Source: a virus (Duplodnaviria; Caudoviricetes). Taken from it: a DNA stretch of 57,828 nt. Each line of letters begins with the position of its first letter. The first letter of the stretch is position 1. The stretch lies in the IMG/VR virus record IMGVR_UViG_3300042355_000871, positions 1 to 57,828 of that record; one strand, written 5' to 3'. The notes beneath the pieces were generated by a model that saw only the letters and a program-made list of their open reading frames with translations, ran no database searches and was not told where the DNA came from. This document shows, in pieces, positions 53,758-57,828 of the stretch. Made by a program: the position numbers and the translations under genes.

Positions 53758-54195
53758 ATGAGCACGACGAGTGAGATTGTGGAGAGGCTGCGCAAGCGGA
53801 CAATCGCTCTTGAGCATCCGCTGCACCGGGAGGTATTTCAGTATGTAGCCAGTCCGCTTTGCACTGAAGCCGCTGATCGTCTCGACGAGCTGGAGCGGGA
53901 GAATGCGAGGCTGCGCCAGCCCGAATGGTTTTACCATGCGCTTGATGGAGAAACCGGCGCTGCCGATATCGAGAGTATCATCGACGACATGGACATGAAT
54001 GGCGTCATGCAAGTGTGCGGCGCGCGTCAGGTCTGGCGCAAATGGGTCGCGCGCAAATGCCTGACGGTTGATAGTGGCGGCGAACCGGATGAGGTGAGTT
54101 ACGAAACGTTCGAAACGCCGGAGGAAGCCGAACGCTGCTGGCCTGAAAGCCTTTCCAAAGCCCGCGCAGCACTAGCGGGGAGCGGGGAGAAGTGA
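53758..54195 (+). CDS. Hypothetical protein (EIVERLR...EAADRLDELERE type)
   Basis: AAGGA SD; blocks paralogous to 53186-53527. Confidence 0.65.
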   Translation: MSTTSEIVERLRKRTIALEHPLHREVFQYVASPLCTEAADRLDELERENARLRQPEWFYHALDGETGAADIESIIDDMDMNGVMQVCGARQVWRKWVARKCLTVDSGGEPDEVSYETFETPEEAERCWPESLSKARAALAGSGEK

Positions 54196-54404
54196 GCACG
54201 TTCGCGCTCAATCGACGCCAGGCTGCCGAGTTCGTCGGGGTATCCCCCACGACATTCGACAAGCTCGTTGAGCGCGGACACATGCCCAAGGCCCGCCAGT
54301 ATCCCGAAACGCGCCGCATGTTCTGGCTGCGATCTGAGCTTGAGGAGACCCTTAACGAATTGCCAACGGTCGAGGCCAATCCTTATGCCGGGGTTCGCAT
54401 TTGA
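54192..54404 (+). CDS. xis: Excisionase (AlpA/HTH-type)
   Basis: LNRRQAAEFVGVSPTTFDKLV..G.MP...W...EL; directly before the integrase. Confidence 0.85.
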   Translation: MSTFALNRRQAAEFVGVSPTTFDKLVERGHMPKARQYPETRRMFWLRSELEETLNELPTVEANPYAGVRI

Positions 54405-54412
54405 GGCCGGGC

Positions 54413-55477
54413 ATGGCGTCGATAGAATGGAAAGGCATCACGCGCGACGTGAGCCGACACGGCAAGGTGCGCTGGTATTTCAGGGCGCCGGGAAAGCCCC
54501 GCGTCAGGCTGCAAGGCGAGCCCGGCAGCGAAGAGTTCGCCCTAGCCTACTTTGCCGCCCGCAATGGGGAGGCCATCCCTGCCCCACGCCAGACAGGGCC
54601 GCGACGGGGGACATTCGGCTATATCGTGCGCCATTACCTGACGAGCCGCGATTTCAAGGCGCTGGACCGCAAGCTGACGCAGCGACCGCGTGAACGGCTG
54701 CTTGAGGCGCTGGACGAGAAGATAGGCCACCTGCCCGCGATGATCGACCCGATGACGATCCGGCTGGGGGTGAAGACGCGGACCTATGCGCAGGGCAAGG
54801 ATTTTCTTGCCGCGTTGCGCGCCGTGTACCGGCTGGCCTGCGATGACGGGCTGGTCCCGTCAGATCCAACGGCAGGCATCAGGCGCAAGCCCAACGTCAC
54901 GGAAGGCCACAGGACGTGGACGGCTGAGGATTGCAAGGCGTATGAGGAAAAGCACCCGCTAGGAACGCAGGCGCGGACGGCTTACGCCATCGGGCTGTAC
55001 ACGGCTCAGCGCATATCGGACGCCGTGAAGATCGGCAGGCCGCACGAACGGGACGGGCGCTTGCGCTTTGTCCAGGCGAAGAACGCAGGGCGCCGGCCAG
55101 TGTCGATCGACGTTCCCATAGCTCCGCCATTGCGTGCCGCGCTGGACGCATGGCAGGGCAAGGGCCTGACGTGGCTGGAAACGGCCTACGGCCAGCCCTT
55201 CGCCACCGGAAAGGGCCTACAGAACAAGTTTCGGGAATGGTGCCGGGAGGCAGGGGTTCACCCTGATTGCAGCTTCCACGGGCTTCGGAAGGCCACAGCG
55301 GCGCGAATGGCCGAGGCAGGCTGCACGCCACATCAGATCATGGCGGTACTCGGCCACAGCACACACCAGCAGGCCGCAACCTACACCGCGAAGGCTCAGC
55401 GGGCCGGTCTGGCAGACGATGCAATGGGGGCTGTTTTTGGCACTCAAACGATACCGTTTAAGCGGCGGAACTTATGA
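54413..55477 (+). CDS. int: Tyrosine integrase
   Basis: Arm domain RHGKVRWYFR...PGSEEF..AY; catalytic R (AQRISD), K (QAKN), FHGLRK, LGH, Y (TYT). Confidence 0.95.
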   Translation: MASIEWKGITRDVSRHGKVRWYFRAPGKPRVRLQGEPGSEEFALAYFAARNGEAIPAPRQTGPRRGTFGYIVRHYLTSRDFKALDRKLTQRPRERLLEALDEKIGHLPAMIDPMTIRLGVKTRTYAQGKDFLAALRAVYRLACDDGLVPSDPTAGIRRKPNVTEGHRTWTAEDCKAYEEKHPLGTQARTAYAIGLYTAQRISDAVKIGRPHERDGRLRFVQAKNAGRRPVSIDVPIAPPLRAALDAWQGKGLTWLETAYGQPFATGKGLQNKFREWCREAGVHPDCSFHGLRKATAARMAEAGCTPHQIMAVLGHSTHQQAATYTAKAQRAGLADDAMGAVFGTQTIPFKRRNL

Positions 55478-56028
55478 CAAGGCTTAAGCACATTTCCCGC
55501 GACATCGACCGACATGGCCGCGTGCGTTACTACCTGCGCAGGCCAGACACGCGACGGGTTCGCATCAGGGAAGAGCTGGGAACCCCCGAGTTTTTGGCGG
55601 CGTATGAAGCCATTCTCTCCGGTCACAAACCCGCGCCGAAGCCTCATAGCCGAAAACCAAAGAAGCTGAAGAAAGACCCGAAGGCCGGGCTCGTCTACTT
55701 TGTGCAAAACGGAAAAGCGGTGAAAATTGGCTTCACCAACAACCTCAAGCTGCGGCTCAAGCACATCCAGCTAGGGTCACACCGAAAGATTGAGCTTCTC
55801 AGGACCATTCCAGGCGACGAAAACACCGAGCGCGAAATCCATTGGCAGTTTGGGCGCTACCGGATTCGGGGCGAATGGTTTTGGCTAAAGCCCGACCTAC
55901 AAGAGTTCATCCAAGGGCTTCATTTGTCGCCCCCGATTGTCGCACCTGAGTCCGCGTCCGCTAAGTCGTTGGATTATAACGAGAAAAAAGCCCCGCTGGC
56001 AGTCCCTAGGGGAAAGGACAAAGCGTGA
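55474..56028 (+). CDS. Integrase arm-like domain fused to a GIY-YIG (T5orf172/MUG113-like) nuclease
   Basis: DRHGRVRYYLRR...LGTPEFLAAY then VYFVQ....VKIGFT.N...RL..IQ.G...E..IH..F..YRIRGEWF. Confidence 0.85.
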   Translation: MTRLKHISRDIDRHGRVRYYLRRPDTRRVRIREELGTPEFLAAYEAILSGHKPAPKPHSRKPKKLKKDPKAGLVYFVQNGKAVKIGFTNNLKLRLKHIQLGSHRKIELLRTIPGDENTEREIHWQFGRYRIRGEWFWLKPDLQEFIQGLHLSPPIVAPESASAKSLDYNEKKAPLAVPRGKDKA

Positions 56029-56108
56029 CGGATCAAGGCGCTATTGGCAAGGTGCGACATTTCCTGCGCCGTGATGATTCAAGGCGTTGCGATGCGGTCT
56101 GTCGCACC
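55924..56108. other. attP: 17-bp tRNA 3'-end core (55997-56013) with four TGTCGC(A/C)CC arm-type sites
   Basis: Reverse complement of the core is TCCCCTAGGGACTGCCA (T-stem 3' side, acceptor strand, G, CCA; tRNA-Glu-like). Arm sites at 55925, 55938, 56051 (inverted) and 56100. Confidence 0.8.
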
Positions 56109-56372
56109 CGGCTCCCTGACATGCACGACCACTCGGGTCTCGGGAACCCACCTGCTGCCCGCCTGTACGTAACAGGTCCAGTCCCGCCACTCGTAAGCGA
56201 AGCCTGACCTGTGCCACCGCGTATGGCAGTCCTGAGCCATCCCGGTGAGCCAGAGCGCAGACCCAACAGCCCCGGCGACGACAATCGCGAGGAGCGAAAG
56301 CGTCGCCGGGGATAGGGGTATCGTTATTCGCCTAGACGTTGAAGCGGCGCGCAAAGTACGGCCAGGCCACAA
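56079..56372 (-). CDS. Possible single-TM protein, last gene of the late operon (start uncertain)
   Basis: Hydrophobic LSLLAIVVAGAVGSALWL, then C...C.V...RWVP. Confidence 0.35.
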   Translation of the reverse strand: MWPGRTLRAASTSRRITIPLSPATLSLLAIVVAGAVGSALWLTGMAQDCHTRWHRSGFAYEWRDWTCYVQAGSRWVPETRVVVHVREPGATDRIATP

Positions 56373-56613
56373 CGCCGACAGCGATCAGGATCAGCCAGTT
56401 CTTCAGGCCAGCGAGGAACGGAACCGGCTCGAAGTTCGGCAGGATGATCGACGTAACGGCGAGCGCCACGAGGATGCACCAGAGCAATGCCCTGAGCTTG
56501 CGCCACATCAATTTCGCATCGATGTCGGGAACAGAGATTTGAGTAGTCGCCACGGCTGTAGTCTCCTTCAGAAATGCGCCGAAGCGCGGGTTAAACCTTG
56601 CAGATGCTGACAT
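56332..56613 (-). CDS. Two-TM membrane protein (holin candidate)
   Basis: LLWCILVALAVTSIIL and WLILIAVGVVAW; lies in the lysis cluster. Confidence 0.55.
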   Translation of the reverse strand: MSASARFNPRFGAFLKETTAVATTQISVPDIDAKLMWRKLRALLWCILVALAVTSIILPNFEPVPFLAGLKNWLILIAVGVVAWPYFARRFNV

Positions 56614-56866
56614 CGAAACCGGCAGGGCGCAGATGCTCGCAAGCGCACCAGAGCTGATGGTTGTGATCCCCCACCTGCTCTGCCGTTTCCAACGTCAGGA
56701 TGTCGTTGCGCGAGATCAGGATGGCCTTGCCTGTCGAGCAGAGCGCCTCTTTCCAGATCGCGCCGTCAGTCGCGGTAATGAGCGTCCGGGAGGGTCGCGC
56801 GTCCGTTTGACACGACGCTAACAGAGGTATGCTCACGCACAGCGTCAGCCTCAGCAATGACTGCAT
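56591..56866 (-). CDS. Outer-membrane lipoprotein, o-spanin (Rz1-like)
   Basis: MQSLLRLTLCVSIPLLASC lipobox; overlaps the 3' end of the i-spanin gene in another frame; C.....I.IS..D.LT.ET..QV..HN.....C. Confidence 0.75.
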   Translation of the reverse strand: MQSLLRLTLCVSIPLLASCQTDARPSRTLITATDGAIWKEALCSTGKAILISRNDILTLETAEQVGDHNHQLWCACEHLRPAGFDVSICKV

Positions 56867-57074
56867 CGGTATTCTCCTGAATGTTGGTGACAACTTCACG
56901 CTCGACTTCGGCGGCTTCCTTGTCTCGCTTGGCGCCCTCTTCCTTGCGCCCGCGATGCTCTGCCCGCATGTCCACGAACTTCAGGAAGATGATGGCTGCG
57001 AGAGCCCACAGCACCCAATCTGGGATGCGCTTGAGAAAGCCCCAGATGCCAGTCCCGATCGCTGCGAGGTTCAT
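56766..57074 (-). CDS. i-spanin (Rz-like)
   Basis: N-terminal TM then coiled coil; ATGA overlap with the endolysin stop. Confidence 0.7.
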   Translation of the reverse strand: MNLAAIGTGIWGFLKRIPDWVLWALAAIIFLKFVDMRAEHRGRKEEGAKRDKEAAEVEREVVTNIQENTDAVIAEADAVREHTSVSVVSNGRATLPDAHYRD

Positions 57075-57828
57075 TTCAGGTCCGTCTTCGCTTTGCGCTG
57101 CCCGTACTTGTAAAGCGCAAACCCGATGACCACGACGACGAGCCACGTCAGCAGTTCGCGGTTGCCTTCGTTGTTGATCCACTCACTGACGCCACGCGGC
57201 AGGAAGTTCGTGGTGCCTACAGCGGTCACCGCCAAACCCCAGAAGCGTTTGCTTAACACCATGTCCTTGGGCTCGATCGAAGCTGGCGCTGCATCCTTCG
57301 GGAGCGGGGGCGGCTTGACGGCCTCCGCAGAAGCAGGAGCCGGTCCAGCCTTGGTCGGCTGGGGAGCCGGGACAGGAGGCTTGACCGGCGCCGCTTCTGA
57401 GGAACCACCGACAGAAGGTTTTGGAACCGGGGGCTGCACGGGTTGGGCAGGTGCAGCCCCGGCCCCATTGCCGCGCGCCTCAATCACAGAGGTCGCAGGC
57501 GCAGCTTTGATGGGGGCGGAGAGGACAAGCTCTGGCTCGTCCAGAGGCGGGAGACTGTAGCGCTGCGCCACAGACAGCACGTCCTTGAACTGTGTCTTTG
57601 AGAGTACGCGGTCTGTTCCGACATTGCCGGGTGGGCGCTCGCGCACGAGAGCGACAGCATCGTCAGCGCAGGCGACAGACCATGAATAGCCCATCCACAA
57701 GCAGGCTTCACTGTAGCGGCGTCTCAACAGGCCCCGCAGCGCTTGCTTATGCTTGCCGCTTGTTGAGTAGAGCCACGCTCCAAACTGGTCTGCTGCGTCA
57801 TCGAAGCGATTGGCGTTGACGTGCTTGA
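57071..57828 (-). CDS. Endolysin 3' part (continues from 843-379 on the circle): Pro-rich linker plus membrane-associated C-terminal domain
   Basis: KHVNANRFDDAADQFGAW...GLLRRRYSE, linker, SKRFWG...LLTWLVVVVIGFALYKYG. The joined ORF is 373 aa. Confidence 0.88.
   Translation of the reverse strand, partial: KHVNANRFDDAADQFGAWLYSTSGKHKQALRGLLRRRYSEACLWMGYSWSVACADDAVALVRERPPGNVGTDRVLSKTQFKDVLSVAQRYSLPPLDEPELVLSAPIKAAPATSVIEARGNGAGAAPAQPVQPPVPKPSVGGSSEAAPVKPPVPAPQPTKAGPAPASAEAVKPPPLPKDAAPASIEPKDMVLSKRFWGLAVTAVGTTNFLPRGVSEWINNEGNRELLTWLVVVVIGFALYKYGQRKAKTDLK

Larger units (their letters stand above)
379..57727. mobile_element. Complete circular temperate phage genome (podovirus-like, about 57.3 kb)
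   Basis: All modules present (terminase, portal, scaffold, capsid, tail/ejection, fibre, lysis, cI/cro, replication, int/xis/attP). No tape-measure or sheath gene and no host housekeeping genes seen. Ends overlap by 101 bp. Confidence 0.9.

Noticed and set aside
55997-56013. tRNA gene
   Set aside because: Only the last 17 nt are present, with no D or anticodon arm; treated as the att core.
57728-57828. True direct terminal repeat of the virion DNA
   Set aside because: The copy starts at 379 rather than 1 and lies mid-gene; it fits an assembly overlap better.

Overview
The window is an apparently complete, circularly permuted temperate podovirus-type phage genome of about 57.3 kb, probably infecting an alphaproteobacterium (host inferred from gene content). 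The last 101 bp (57728-57828) exactly repeat 379-479, closing a 57,349-bp circle. Bases 1-378 are a diverged second allele of the endolysin 3' half. The minus strand carries cro, replication genes, a NusG-like antiterminator, terminase, portal, an accessory structural cassette, scaffold, major capsid protein, glycosyl- and methyltransferases, tail and ejection proteins, tail fibre, a membrane-protein/Hsp70 cluster and lysis genes. The plus strand carries the repressor, recombination genes, DNA-modification genes, xis/int and an intact attP matching a tRNA 3' end. Highlights: (1) a group I intron in the major capsid gene whose HNH gene and promoter lie antisense; (2) a 1030-aa ejection-type protein with about 24 nine-residue and about 24 eighteen-residue repeats whose subtypes match in mirror order; (3) a TGT/DpdA-like plus QueD-like cassette needing a +1 shift at UUU_CGA, next to a Mom-like gene; (4) a lid-less phage Hsp70 coupled to a membrane protein; (5) a 2519-aa polyvalent protein with an ADP-ribosyltransferase-like domain; (6) a Maf/GT-A plus methyltransferase pair among the head genes. 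All family calls come from reading motifs by eye; no database searches were run.
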